Shown one piece after another: positions 9,364-18,238 of a DNA stretch of 50,895 nucleotides. A program made the position numbers and the translations under genes. Below the pieces are notes generated by a model. The model saw only the letters and a program-made list of their open reading frames with translations, was not told the DNA's origin and did not search any database. The stretch lies in the IMG/VR virus record IMGVR_UViG_3300023443_000116, positions 1 to 50,895 of that record, one strand, 5' to 3'. The DNA comes from a virus. Its lineage: Duplodnaviria > Caudoviricetes. The stretch's first letter is position 1. The number at the start of each line of letters is the position of its first letter.

Positions 9364-10749
9364 TTAAACCGTTTCATTTAAATCATAGAATTTTGTTATC
9401 TTCTTATCAAATCCCAAGGTAACGCTTCCTGTCGGCCCATGACGTTGCTTGCCAATAATTACTTCTGTTTTGCCAGCCACTTGCATTATCTTTTTCTGCC
9501 AGTCCTTGAATTCCTGGGAGCTAGTGTCAGATGGTTTCATGTTTTCCAGATAATATTCAGGACGGTAAACAAACATCACCACATCTGCGTCTTGTTCAAT
9601 AGTTCCGCTTTCTCTCAAGTCAGCAAGTTGTGGGCGCTTGTTGGCCCTGTCTTCTACCTTCCGAGATAGTTGGGACAAGGCCAACACGGGCACCCGTAGT
9701 TCTTTGGCAAGGTTTTTTAATCCGCGCGTTATTTCTGCAATCTCTCCAACCCTATTCTCCCCTTTGGAAAACCGTCCACCAGACATAAGTTGAAGATAGT
9801 CCACAATGATTAACCCAATGTTTTCAATACGCTTTAAACGGCGGCATCGCGCGCGAAGGGCGGCGATAGAAATCCCAGGTGTGTCGTCTATGAATAAAGG
9901 AAGTTGGTGTAGTTTTTGCTGGGCCCTCACTATCTCACGAAACTCTGTGTTGTTAAGCTGTCCTCTCCTTATTCTTTCCGAGGATATTTTGGTTTGCTCT
10001 GCAAGTAATCTGTTGCCTAACTGGTCGCGGGACATTTCAGGAGAACGGAAATCTACAGCAACAGTTCTTGCCGCCGCGAGGGCTATGTTTGTAGCTAAAG
10101 CAGTCTTGCCCATTGCTGGTCTTCCTGCTAATATAATTAAATCGGTTTTATGCAACCCACCAAGGGAATTATTTAACCCTCTCAGTCCTGTTGTAACGCC
10201 CGACAGACCGTTAGGTGACTTCCTTGCTATGCGGGAACCCTCAACACTCTCTTTAAGCGTCTGCGAGAGTTTTACAGACCCTCCTTGAGGGCCATAATCT
10301 GTGGTTTGGAAAAGGCTTTCTTCGGCTTTAGCTACAATATCTTTGGCAGAAACATCAATGTTGTTTTCTTTGGCTGATTTGATAATGCCTTCGCCAATTT
10401 CTATAAGGTCACGTTTGAGTGCAAGGTCATAGATAGTTTGCCCGTAGTCTCCTGGATTAAATGATGTGGGGGCAGATGTAGCAAGACGAACAACATAATT
10501 AAATCCATCAACATCATCTAGCGCGGGGTCGTTTTCAAAATATGGTTTTAGTTTAACAGGGTCTACAGATTGCCCTTTGTTTGTGAGCTTTAATATTCCT
10601 TCGTAAAGGCGTTGGTGAAATGGCTCCCAGAAATGCTCTGGTTTTAAATAGGAAACTCTGTCGGCTGAGTTGTTGTTGACAAGCAAAACGCCCAGCAACG
10701 CCTGTTCCGCCTCAATATTTGACGGCAGTGTATCAGCCTTCACTTCCAT
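9364..10749 (-). CDS. dnaB: Replicative DNA helicase DnaB
   Basis: N-terminal P.NIEAEQALLG; Walker A GRPAMGKT; IIVDYLQL; SQLSR; LRESG.IEQDAD; KQRHGPTG. Confidence 0.97.
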   Translation of the reverse strand: MEVKADTLPSNIEAEQALLGVLLVNNNSADRVSYLKPEHFWEPFHQRLYEGILKLTNKGQSVDPVKLKPYFENDPALDDVDGFNYVVRLATSAPTSFNPGDYGQTIYDLALKRDLIEIGEGIIKSAKENNIDVSAKDIVAKAEESLFQTTDYGPQGGSVKLSQTLKESVEGSRIARKSPNGLSGVTTGLRGLNNSLGGLHKTDLIILAGRPAMGKTALATNIALAAARTVAVDFRSPEMSRDQLGNRLLAEQTKISSERIRRGQLNNTEFREIVRAQQKLHQLPLFIDDTPGISIAALRARCRRLKRIENIGLIIVDYLQLMSGGRFSKGENRVGEIAEITRGLKNLAKELRVPVLALSQLSRKVEDRANKRPQLADLRESGTIEQDADVVMFVYRPEYYLENMKPSDTSSQEFKDWQKKIMQVAGKTEVIIGKQRHGPTGSVTLGFDKKITKFYDLNETV

Positions 10750-10948
10750 TGAATTCCTTTTCAGCAAGTTCAACTTGTTCTATAATGGTGTTAATTCTTT
10801 TAAAAGGATCATACTCTCCACGCTTCCAACGATACCATTGGTCTTCGGAGAAGCCGGAACGCCTGAGTATCTCTCTAAAAGGAAGGCCACAAGCTTTCGC
10901 TCTGACCTCTAATTTTGTGAATTCAACTTTGATAATTTCTTGGTTCAT
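10733..10948 (-). CDS. Cro-like HTH regulator
   Basis: EILRRSG.S..QWYRWKRG...P; first gene of the leftward operon. Confidence 0.7.
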   Translation of the reverse strand: MNQEIIKVEFTKLEVRAKACGLPFREILRRSGFSEDQWYRWKRGEYDPFKRINTIIEQVELAEKEFNGSEG

Positions 10949-10954
10949 GGGTGT

Positions 10955-10983
10955 ACCATAATTTATTTCGATGCAGATTGCAA
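10955..10983 (-). promoter_or_regulatory. Leftward promoter (likely leaderless transcript)
   Basis: TTGCAA-N17-TATGGT with the ATG 7 nt downstream. Confidence 0.6.
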
Positions 10984-10994
10984 GATATTTGTTG

Positions 10995-11022
10995 TTGACA
11001 TTTTTGTATGGGTTGCTATGCT
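10995..11022 (+). promoter_or_regulatory. Rightward promoter (likely leaderless transcript)
   Basis: TTGACA-N16-TATGCT with TG extension; ATG at 11029. Confidence 0.65.
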
Positions 11023-11028
11023 AGAAGG

Positions 11029-11421
11029 ATGATTAAAAAGAAAAAAGAATTTGAGATTAGAGAAGACTACGATGGTTCCGCAGTTTTTGAAATCCACAAT
11101 GATGATGTAGATGAAATAAACTTTAGGATGCTTCCCAAAGGGCAGGTTTATTTTGAGGCTGAACAAGATGGCTGGGAGTATGGGTACACCGCTTCCTTTA
11201 CAATGCCACGAATGGTGGCTGTTGAGTTGGGCAGATGGTTGTTGGCCAACGTCACCGACAAAGCCATGAAAAAACAGGAGGCACACACCCGGAGAGCGTT
11301 AACCGCGTACCACAAAGACCAAAAAGAGAAACAACAAGTTAGGCTTCAAACAGAGGCCCAAGCCGCAGAACTCGCAGACATCAAAGAATTTGAGCGCCTG
11401 AAAGCAAAGTTTAACCAATGA
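11029..11421 (+). CDS. Hypothetical early protein (start MIKKKKEF)
   Basis: First gene of the rightward operon; C-terminal EFERLKAKF motif. Confidence 0.7.
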   Translation: MIKKKKEFEIREDYDGSAVFEIHNDDVDEINFRMLPKGQVYFEAEQDGWEYGYTASFTMPRMVAVELGRWLLANVTDKAMKKQEAHTRRALTAYHKDQKEKQQVRLQTEAQAAELADIKEFERLKAKFNQ

Positions 11422-11449
11422 AAACCATATCCATACAAAGAGAGATAAA

Positions 11450-11725
11450 ATGATTACTAAAAAACAATTCATAGAATGGTTGGAGAGTAAGAAGCCGGGA
11501 GAGTTGGTGGGCGATCTACGTTGTGGAGATGCCTGTCCTATAGCAATTTTTTATAGGAGCCTTGGCCGCGAAGCTTTGGTCGGGCACGAAACTGTTTCCT
11601 TTAATTGGTGGCGTACAGAGACGGAGCTTCCAAAGTGGGCGCAAAATTTTATTAAATCTGCTGATGGGCGTAAGACCAAACAAATCACTGCCAAAACCTG
11701 TCTTAAAATCATGGAAGCATTATGA
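11450..11725 (+). CDS. Hypothetical protein
   Basis: F..WL......VG.....CPIA...LP.WA..FI phage motif. Confidence 0.75.
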   Translation: MITKKQFIEWLESKKPGELVGDLRCGDACPIAIFYRSLGREALVGHETVSFNWWRTETELPKWAQNFIKSADGRKTKQITAKTCLKIMEAL

Positions 11726-11967
11726 AGCAAGTTTCAATTCAAAGAGAGATAGAAACCGAAGGGGCTTATGGCTGTAGGCAAATCATAGTGGAAGTTAATG
11801 CTTCTTTTGAACGTGGCTTGGAACATACTACAGATGACCACCCCGTTGTTCCTTATACTGAAATGACAGAGTTGGAAATACTGGATGATAGCGGCCATGA
11901 TATTACAGAAACTGTCTCGCCAAGCAACCTTAAATGGTTAGAGAAACAAGCTTGGGATGCAATGTAG
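11722..11967 (+). CDS. Acidic hypothetical protein
   Basis: Coupled ORF. Confidence 0.7.
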   Translation: MKQVSIQREIETEGAYGCRQIIVEVNASFERGLEHTTDDHPVVPYTEMTELEILDDSGHDITETVSPSNLKWLEKQAWDAM

Positions 11968-11976
11968 GAGGATAAA

Positions 11977-12153
11977 ATGGAAAGTTTTAACCCACCATCA
12001 TATAAACCTAAAGGAAGACCTCATCAAATATCTTTATGGACCGATATTGAAACGGCAAATAAAATTAGAAAATTAGCAAAAGACAGGAATATGTCTGCTA
12101 GTAAATTTTTAGGTCTGGCTGTCGAATTTGCAATGGAAAATATGGAGAATTAA
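11977..12153 (+). CDS. Ribbon-helix-helix protein, 58 aa (MESFNPPSYK...)
   Basis: AGGAGG RBS; ISLW...KIRKLAKDRNMSASKFL; read manually. Confidence 0.7.
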   Translation: MESFNPPSYKPKGRPHQISLWTDIETANKIRKLAKDRNMSASKFLGLAVEFAMENMEN

Positions 12154-12157
12154 TACG

Positions 12158-12218
12158 ATTAGGGGAGAGGTGTCCTTAACTCCCAAGGGTCCCCCTCGAC
12201 ATGCCTCTCCCCGCTAAT
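12158..12218 (+). ncRNA. Intergenic stem-loop with C/U-rich (anti-SD-like) loops
   Basis: GGGGAGAGG..TGTC pairs with GACA..CCTCTCCCC; inner CCTT-AACTCCC-AAGG. Confidence 0.45.
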
Positions 12219-12400
12219 TACAGGAGAAGATAATGAATGATAGTGAAAGTTGGTGGGAAGTTGTTACTTTCGTTATTTTATGGGCGGCAGTAATTGGAGT
12301 GCTCATTGTAATAGGGATAACGATTAATGAAGTGCGAGATGAGATTTGTAAATATCATCCAGAGGCATTTGAAGAGAGAGGATTTTGTGAGGACTAACTC

Positions 12401-12589
12401 ATGAACACAACATTATTAAAACAAGAGCAAGATAGGATGCAGAAAGAGATTGATTTGATTTTGGAAGTTGTTCTTTCAAATCGAGGAATTATTGTTGAGC
12501 CCGGCGAGGGGAGATATCGCAGAAAAGTGAATAAAAAGCTGGAAGACCTATGGCAATCTAAACAGGAGAAAACCAATGAAAAGAGCTAA
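12401..12589 (+). CDS. Hypothetical protein
   Basis: GAGG RBS. Confidence 0.6.
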   Translation: MNTTLLKQEQDRMQKEIDLILEVVLSNRGIIVEPGEGRYRRKVNKKLEDLWQSKQEKTNEKS

Positions 12590-12767
12590 AGTTGAATTCT
12601 ATGAAGCCAAGAATGGTGAATGGTCTTGGAGATTAAAGGCCCCCAATGGTGAGATAATTGCTGTGCCGGGAGAAACGTTTGTTACTGCCAAGAATGCCGA
12701 GCGTTCATTTACCAATTTAATCAAGTATACCATAGAAGCTTTATCAAGGCATTTGGAGAAGGAATAA
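12576..12767 (+). CDS. YegP/DUF1508 family protein
   Basis: FYEAKNGEWSWRLKAPNGEIIA..GE.F. Confidence 0.85.
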   Translation: MKRAKVEFYEAKNGEWSWRLKAPNGEIIAVPGETFVTAKNAERSFTNLIKYTIEALSRHLEKE

Positions 12768-12771
12768 TTAT

Positions 12772-12852
12772 GGGGCAAGAACCGGTCAGAAAGCTCAGCC
12801 CCGAGGCTGATCGGCACTGGCCCGTAAAACAGGTTGATCACTGGCTTGCCCC
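12772..12852 (+). ncRNA. Candidate multi-stem structured RNA
   Basis: GGGGCAAG/CTTGCCCC outer stem; GGTCAG/CTGGCC and TCAGCC/GGCTGA inner stems. Confidence 0.4.
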
Positions 12853-12863
12853 GCCCTTATTAA

Positions 12864-13085
12864 ATGAAAGGAATTGAAATGAAGAAAGAAAGAGAATTCA
12901 CAGAAAAGCTCAAGGTGTATATCGAAGAAAAAGTATTCTACGAAGTTAAAACAACTCGTAACCGCACGTATAAAGGCAAGGACACAAAGTTTAGTATGGA
13001 GTGTAGTTTTGGTTCGTTTGGTGTCTTTGACAATAAAGAGGATGCTCAGAAGGCCGCGGATTTGTTAATAAATGAAAGGAATTAA
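12864..13085 (+). CDS. Hypothetical protein
   Basis: G.FD.KE.A..AA motif; AAAGGA RBS. Confidence 0.65.
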   Translation: MKGIEMKKEREFTEKLKVYIEEKVFYEVKTTRNRTYKGKDTKFSMECSFGSFGVFDNKEDAQKAADLLINERN

Positions 13086-13259
13086 AGATGGCAGTAGAGA
13101 TAAAGAAACCATGGGAAGATGAAAAACTAGAGGCGTTCAAGATGCTTTGTGAATGTTACCAAAAGGCATTTTGCAAGAAACATCTATATTATTATGATGG
13201 GAAGAAAATAACATCATTGGGCCTACAGGAAAACCCAGACGCAAGTAGTAAGAAATGAA

Positions 13260-13556
13260 ATGCCCACCGGAGAACACGACCTTGAACCAGGATATTATAA
13301 AACTAGGGTGCGCCCGCGAGGGCCCTATGTTCCCGTTAAAGTTTCCATGGAAAGAGGAAAGTTTTGCCGTATCCGCGAGGGTAAGTTATTCTCCCACGTG
13401 GTTCTCAGGTGTAAGTGGTGGCCTAACATGGGTGATGATTTGTTTGAAGAGATTAATCCGTTTGAAGAACGCGGAGCTTTCACAAGATGTATGTTCTTTG
13501 AAGATATAGATGAAGATGAATTTGAATTTATGATGGCAATGAAGGAGTTAGGATAA
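13260..13556 (+). CDS. Conserved hypothetical protein adjacent to the recombinase
   Basis: PGYYK.R....GPYVPV.V motif; coupled to ERF. Confidence 0.7.
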   Translation: MPTGEHDLEPGYYKTRVRPRGPYVPVKVSMERGKFCRIREGKLFSHVVLRCKWWPNMGDDLFEEINPFEERGAFTRCMFFEDIDEDEFEFMMAMKELG

Positions 13557-14308
13557 TGACAGATGAAATTAAAGATAGAACGATTGCAAATGCAAGAGAA
13601 CGAGCATTGGGAAAAGAAGCCGTAGGACCGACTTATATTCCTTTCGGCACCGAATCAAGATTACTAGGTGGCCCCAAACTATTCGCTGCTTTCTCCAAAT
13701 TCCAAGGTGCTGTTGGTAAAATAGGCAGAGCTAGCCAAGGACAAATAGGTCACCAACAATATAAATATGCTCCGCTTGAGGTTGTGGTTGAAGCTATTAA
13801 GAAACCAATGGCAGATAACGGCTTATCATACACACAAATGCTTAGTGAAAACAAGGTGTCAACGTTCCTGTTCCATGAAAGCGGAGAGATATTAGAAAAC
13901 GTCAATATATTTCCTGAATGGGCAATGGAAGATAGCTCTGATCGTGGGGAGCCAATGCAACGTGCCGGGATTAAACATACTTACATGCGGAGGTATGCTT
14001 TGCTTAGTTTAATTGGGCAATCGCCAGATGATGAGGATTCCGATGGTGCTAATAAAAAAGCAACTACAGTGAGTAAGGAAAAGAAAGCTGCTGAGAAGCT
14101 TAGAAAGGATTTGATGGGGTGTACCACCGAAGACGAGTTAGTTGCGCTCTGGGACGCGTCTGAACCAATCCTAGCTGGTATTAAAAAAGTATCCCCGGAT
14201 AAAGCTTACAGGGCTTTGAACAAAGTTTACAATGACCAGCTAAACAACTTACGGCTGCCTGAAGATACTGTTGAGGATATAGGACGGGATGAAGAAGTCG
14301 GCGACTAA
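13556..14308 (+). CDS. erf: ERF family single-strand annealing protein
   Basis: YKYA.L, HESGE, Q..G...TY.RRY.L, D.D.DG motifs. Confidence 0.9.
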   Translation: MTDEIKDRTIANARERALGKEAVGPTYIPFGTESRLLGGPKLFAAFSKFQGAVGKIGRASQGQIGHQQYKYAPLEVVVEAIKKPMADNGLSYTQMLSENKVSTFLFHESGEILENVNIFPEWAMEDSSDRGEPMQRAGIKHTYMRRYALLSLIGQSPDDEDSDGANKKATTVSKEKKAAEKLRKDLMGCTTEDELVALWDASEPILAGIKKVSPDKAYRALNKVYNDQLNNLRLPEDTVEDIGRDEEVGD

Positions 14309-14876
14309 ACTAGAAAAGGCACACCTGACAAGGATAGCTGAAATGGAAACGTGGAAACAAATACCAGGATACGGGGGTCATTACAGGGCCTCATCGCTAG
14401 GGCGAATTAAATCTCTCCCGCGCATAGTTAGGAAACGCCACCAGCATGGGAAAATTATGTCCCAAAAATATGGTGAACAAATATTATTTCCTCAAAAGCC
14501 AGATAGGGACGGGTACTTTCATGTTCATTTGTCAGTTGACGGAGTTAAAATTAACCGCACGGTTCACCGTCTTGTTTTGGAGGCGTTCACGGGGCCACGA
14601 CCAGATGGAATGGAATCTTGCCACAACAACAGCAACCCTACAGACAATCGACCAGAGAATCTAAGGTGGGATACCCACGCTAACAACAACGGTGATCGGT
14701 TAAGACGGGGCAATTATGCAACAGGCGAAAATCACCCGATGTCAAAACTTTCTGACAGGTGTGTTGCCACTATATACAGGAGTGGGTTGAGCGCGAAAGA
14801 GATAGTCCTTAAATATCGCATATCAAAAACACAAGCACACCGAATAATTAACGGCAACCACGGGGCTTTAAGATGA
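14289..14876 (+). CDS. NUMOD4-HNH homing endonuclease fused to a 19-aa Ref-like N-terminus
   Basis: ETWKQIPGY..Y.ASSLGRIKS; VHRLVLEAF; CHNN....DNR.ENL.W.T...N; GENHPMSKL. Confidence 0.92.
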   Translation: MKKSATKLEKAHLTRIAEMETWKQIPGYGGHYRASSLGRIKSLPRIVRKRHQHGKIMSQKYGEQILFPQKPDRDGYFHVHLSVDGVKINRTVHRLVLEAFTGPRPDGMESCHNNSNPTDNRPENLRWDTHANNNGDRLRRGNYATGENHPMSKLSDRCVATIYRSGLSAKEIVLKYRISKTQAHRIINGNHGALR

Positions 14877-15160
14877 AAAAACGCCCGAACAAACTCGAAC
14901 AGTTTCACCTTCAGCGCATAAAGGAAATAGGATGCCTAGCTTGCGGCCAAGTGGCGGTCATACATCACTTGCTCCGCGCACCCAAGAGAAGGTCGTGGCG
15001 TTGGACGGCTCCTTTGTGCGCGAGGCATCATAATATGTCTAATGATAGTGTTCATTTATCTGGGGTGGGAGAGGTAGAGTGGTTCGCATCCAAAGACTAC
15101 CCTGATATTGTTAAATGGGCTGAAGAACAGTGGGAGATTAGCAAGGGGAAATTCGTATGA
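14873..15160 (+). CDS. Ref/DUF968-like HNH nuclease
   Basis: GCLACG...HH......PLC..HH....SVH. Confidence 0.8.
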   Translation: MKKRPNKLEQFHLQRIKEIGCLACGQVAVIHHLLRAPKRRSWRWTAPLCARHHNMSNDSVHLSGVGEVEWFASKDYPDIVKWAEEQWEISKGKFV

Positions 15161-15262
15161 CTTGTTTCACTTTTATTATTCCCTTAGCTGTTTTAGTTTT
15201 CTTGTTAGCTTTTGAGTTAGTTTTCAGAGTGTGGAGAGATGGATTATAATGGAGAATAAGTA

Positions 15263-15472
15263 ATGAAATTTTGCAAAGACTGTAAATATTATCTTAGCGA
15301 AGATGACGACCCATTTTATGCTAAGTGTGGGCATGACAAAGCACAGACAAAATTTGATAGTAGGCACATGGTAAACGGGAGCCCTATAAAAATTGATTAT
15401 AATTATTGCACAGATATGCGCATCTACCGCGATTTGTGCAGTAAAAAAGCAAAACTTTTTGAGGCTAAGTAA
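15263..15472 (+). CDS. Cys-rich hypothetical protein
   Basis: FCKDCKY...C...C...R...C...A..FE motif. Confidence 0.75.
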   Translation: MKFCKDCKYYLSEDDDPFYAKCGHDKAQTKFDSRHMVNGSPIKIDYNYCTDMRIYRDLCSKKAKLFEAK

Positions 15473-15619
15473 TGGAAAGCGCCTACGTTAAATATGAAAT
15501 CAGGATAAACGGCAAGCGAAGCCATGATGTGTCTTGGGAGAACGGTAGCGAAGACCACATACGGTCTAATGTTGCATTGCAGTTTGATGTTCCTGAATCA
15601 GAGATAGAGGTGAGGCGAA

Positions 15620-15826
15620 TTGACTGAAAAACCATATTATATATTGGTCCCGAATAGAAACAATGCATGGTCTGGCATTTTTCAATGGTACAACACAAAC
15701 AAAGAACCTATGGCAGCTTTAGCGGAAGCTACAGCGCTGTATTCAGATGAAACCTACTGGGCGTGGGGCATAAGAATAGGCATAATCAATAATGGAATAC
15801 TAGATTTCAGGTGTTTATATGACTGA
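15620..15826 (+). CDS. Hypothetical protein
   Basis: GAGG RBS; TTG start. Confidence 0.55.
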   Translation: MTEKPYYILVPNRNNAWSGIFQWYNTNKEPMAALAEATALYSDETYWAWGIRIGIINNGILDFRCLYD

Positions 15827-16259
15827 TTTTTATTTCATTAAAAAGCTTGAAGGCTTTGTCCCCTCTGATTCCAACACCCAGGAAAAGGTCAGGAAGTATA
15901 AGCTTGGCAGTATACTCAGATGTGGTAATATCAAAGTTCCTCGCAATCCAAAGTTCCATCGTAAGGGAATGGCCTTGTTGCATTTAGCTTATGAGAACCA
16001 GGATGAATATTCAAGGTTTGAAGATTTCTATAACGTTATGAAAATCCGTGTTGGCTATGTGGATTATATTACCTATCTAGAGAAAACCATAGCAATACCA
16101 AAGTCTTTTGCATTTGATAAAATGGATAATATTAAATTTGAAAAGGTGTATAATGCTTTGCGGGCTGTGATACTTGAGGACGTAATGGAAGGTGTGGACG
16201 CTGGCAGTATGGATAGAGAAGTTCTCAACCGTGTCAGGGAGTTTATGGATGCAAATTAA
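15819..16259 (+). CDS. DUF1367 family protein (NinB-related)
   Basis: PRN.KFHRK..ALL...YEN; PKS.AF.KMD...F...Y. Confidence 0.85.
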   Translation: MTDFYFIKKLEGFVPSDSNTQEKVRKYKLGSILRCGNIKVPRNPKFHRKGMALLHLAYENQDEYSRFEDFYNVMKIRVGYVDYITYLEKTIAIPKSFAFDKMDNIKFEKVYNALRAVILEDVMEGVDAGSMDREVLNRVREFMDAN

Positions 16260-16442
16260 AACCGTAAAAGATTTGATTGATTTCAAAAACATGGGCCGTA
16301 CAGAACGTCCGGGTGGGGAATACTATGAGAAAATATATTATTATGAATATACATTAGAACAATTGGACCCTTTATTTAACTTTGTGGAGAAGATATTAGG
16401 GGAAGGATATTACCGTGACAAGCCAAAGAAAGGAACAGAAAA

Positions 16443-16628
16443 ATGAGAATGTTTTTAGGACTATCAGGCTTGGCAATTGCCTTTCTGACACTAGCTTTTG
16501 AACTGGTCGCCTTTCTTTGGCTGGGCGTTAACGACTTTATAAACCCTTACACGATGTGGGGGTTGCTTGGTTTCCCCCTTGGTTTAGCGGTGGCTTATTT
16601 GGGGGATCAAAAGTGGGTGGGTGAGTGA
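16443..16628 (+). CDS. Small two-TM membrane protein
   Basis: Two hydrophobic segments; RBS. Confidence 0.7.
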   Translation: MRMFLGLSGLAIAFLTLAFELVAFLWLGVNDFINPYTMWGLLGFPLGLAVAYLGDQKWVGE

Positions 16629-16843
16629 TGGGTAAGTGGAACAATACAGAAAATGTTGCAGAGCTTCATAAACAAATTAACACCCTCCAATCCTCCTTAG
16701 AAGCCAGCAGGGAGAGGGAGAAGGAATTGGAGATCGAGGTTAATCATTGGTGGCAAGAGGCAAAAGAGATTTGTGAAAATGAGGGATTAGATTTTACGAT
16801 AGCGAAACCTTACCCTCCAACCACCCAACCAGAGGGTAAGTAA
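16625..16843 (+). CDS. Coiled-coil hypothetical protein
   Basis: Coupled ORF. Confidence 0.65.
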   Translation: MMGKWNNTENVAELHKQINTLQSSLEASREREKELEIEVNHWWQEAKEICENEGLDFTIAKPYPPTTQPEGK

Positions 16844-17176
16844 ATGAGCTTTGATTATTGGAAAGAATGTATTGCCGGGGCGTTTGATGATGTGGGGATA
16901 ACTGCAAACGCGGAACAAATAAAAATCGTAGCGGATTGGGTTGAGGGCGCACACGACAATTTCGGACTTGCAACAGGACTAGACGTTGCTGACCAAAACC
17001 TTGCCGCCAGCCGGGAGCGTAAAATCAAAGAAGCGAAGGCCGAAACCGAACTTGAGAAACAAAAGATACATTGTAGAGAATGTGATGGCAACGGACGAAT
17101 AACCACGCAAGGCCCTTATCATAGTTCAAATTCTGAATGTTGGAAATGTCATGGAGAGGGTCGACACACCCCTTAA
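16844..17176 (+). CDS. Protein with DnaJ-type zinc finger
   Basis: CRECDGNG and CWKCHGEG. Confidence 0.75.
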   Translation: MSFDYWKECIAGAFDDVGITANAEQIKIVADWVEGAHDNFGLATGLDVADQNLAASRERKIKEAKAETELEKQKIHCRECDGNGRITTQGPYHSSNSECWKCHGEGRHTP

Positions 17177-17195
17177 CAAGAAGGAGTAGATAGAT

Positions 17196-17648
17196 ATGAA
17201 GGAAAAAACCTGCAAAATCTGCGGAAAAGTAAAGCCCATTGAGGACTATCACCGTCACAAGCTAATGCTCAGTGGTTATTTAAACCAATGCAAAGTTTGC
17301 ATAAATGCCCGAGCACGCGCACACAGAGCGGCCAACATTGAGGAACTTCGTAAGCGCGACATTTGGCGGAACAAAAACCAGCCCCATCGGCGGAAAGCTA
17401 ATTTCGTCCGATCTAAAAATTGGCTAAAGCGAAACCCTGAAAAAGCTAAGGCCCACGATGCCTTAAATGGTGCGGTCCGAAGTGGACGGATAAAAAGGCT
17501 ACCTTGCGAAATTTGCGGAAGCGGAAAGGTCCACGGCCACCACGAAGACTATTCAAAGCCTCTCGACGTTATTTGGCTTTGCTCAATCCACCACGCGCAA
17601 ATCCACCGGGTCGGCGCAGAAAAGTTACTAGAAGGCCAAAGTAAATGA
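17196..17648 (+). CDS. HNH-like endonuclease
   Basis: K.C..C...K....Y...CK.C; PCEICG...HGHHEDYSKPLDVIWLC..HH. Confidence 0.8.
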   Translation: MKEKTCKICGKVKPIEDYHRHKLMLSGYLNQCKVCINARARAHRAANIEELRKRDIWRNKNQPHRRKANFVRSKNWLKRNPEKAKAHDALNGAVRSGRIKRLPCEICGSGKVHGHHEDYSKPLDVIWLCSIHHAQIHRVGAEKLLEGQSK

Positions 17649-17932
17649 CTAAATATCTTACCGATGCTGAGATTGGTAAAATCATAGCCGAAATAATTGA
17701 TGAAATGCCCGTAGTAAACATGGCTAAATTTGCTTCCCTGCGTGACCAAGCCAAAGCCTACAATACCGTTAAGGCTGAACGGGATGCGCTTTATAAGCTG
17801 ATTATGGAGGCCAAGGCTATTGACAGCACTATTTTTAGTGACGGTCCTAAGATGCGTTCTTTTAAACAAGGCCAAGATTTTACAATCCTGAAACTGAAAG
17901 CCCAAGCTAAAACCATAAGGGGTGAAGGATGA
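17645..17932 (+). CDS. Hypothetical protein
   Basis: Coupled ORF. Confidence 0.65.
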   Translation: MTKYLTDAEIGKIIAEIIDEMPVVNMAKFASLRDQAKAYNTVKAERDALYKLIMEAKAIDSTIFSDGPKMRSFKQGQDFTILKLKAQAKTIRGEG

Positions 17933-18234
17933 TGGCCATACCAAAACAAGCCCAACCCATAGCTGATTATATAAGGGAGAGGACGATTAGACCCTCTATG
18001 GAACAAATAGTATCTGGTTATTGTAATCTGAGAATAGGAGCGGCTCAGTGTTGCCCCATGGGTTTGCTGGAAATCGCCACTCACCCCAGACCCTTTGAAA
18101 GACACCATTTTCGTTGGTTACCAAGCGGGTTTACCAAAAAATCAATTCGGGCTTTTGGAAAATGGTGGGACAGCCAAACCGACCCGCAATCCGCCATGAA
18201 CGCAATCTGGCCAGCAAACCCCATAAGAGGATGA
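17929..18234 (+). CDS. Hypothetical protein
   Basis: CCPMGL...F..WWD....A...IW motif. Confidence 0.65.
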   Translation: MMAIPKQAQPIADYIRERTIRPSMEQIVSGYCNLRIGAAQCCPMGLLEIATHPRPFERHHFRWLPSGFTKKSIRAFGKWWDSQTDPQSAMNAIWPANPIRG

Positions 18235-18238
18235 AACC

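Noticed and set aside
12772-12852. c-di-GMP-I riboswitch or twister ribozyme
   Set aside because: Only a superficial GGCAA..GAAA resemblance; the other conserved elements are absent
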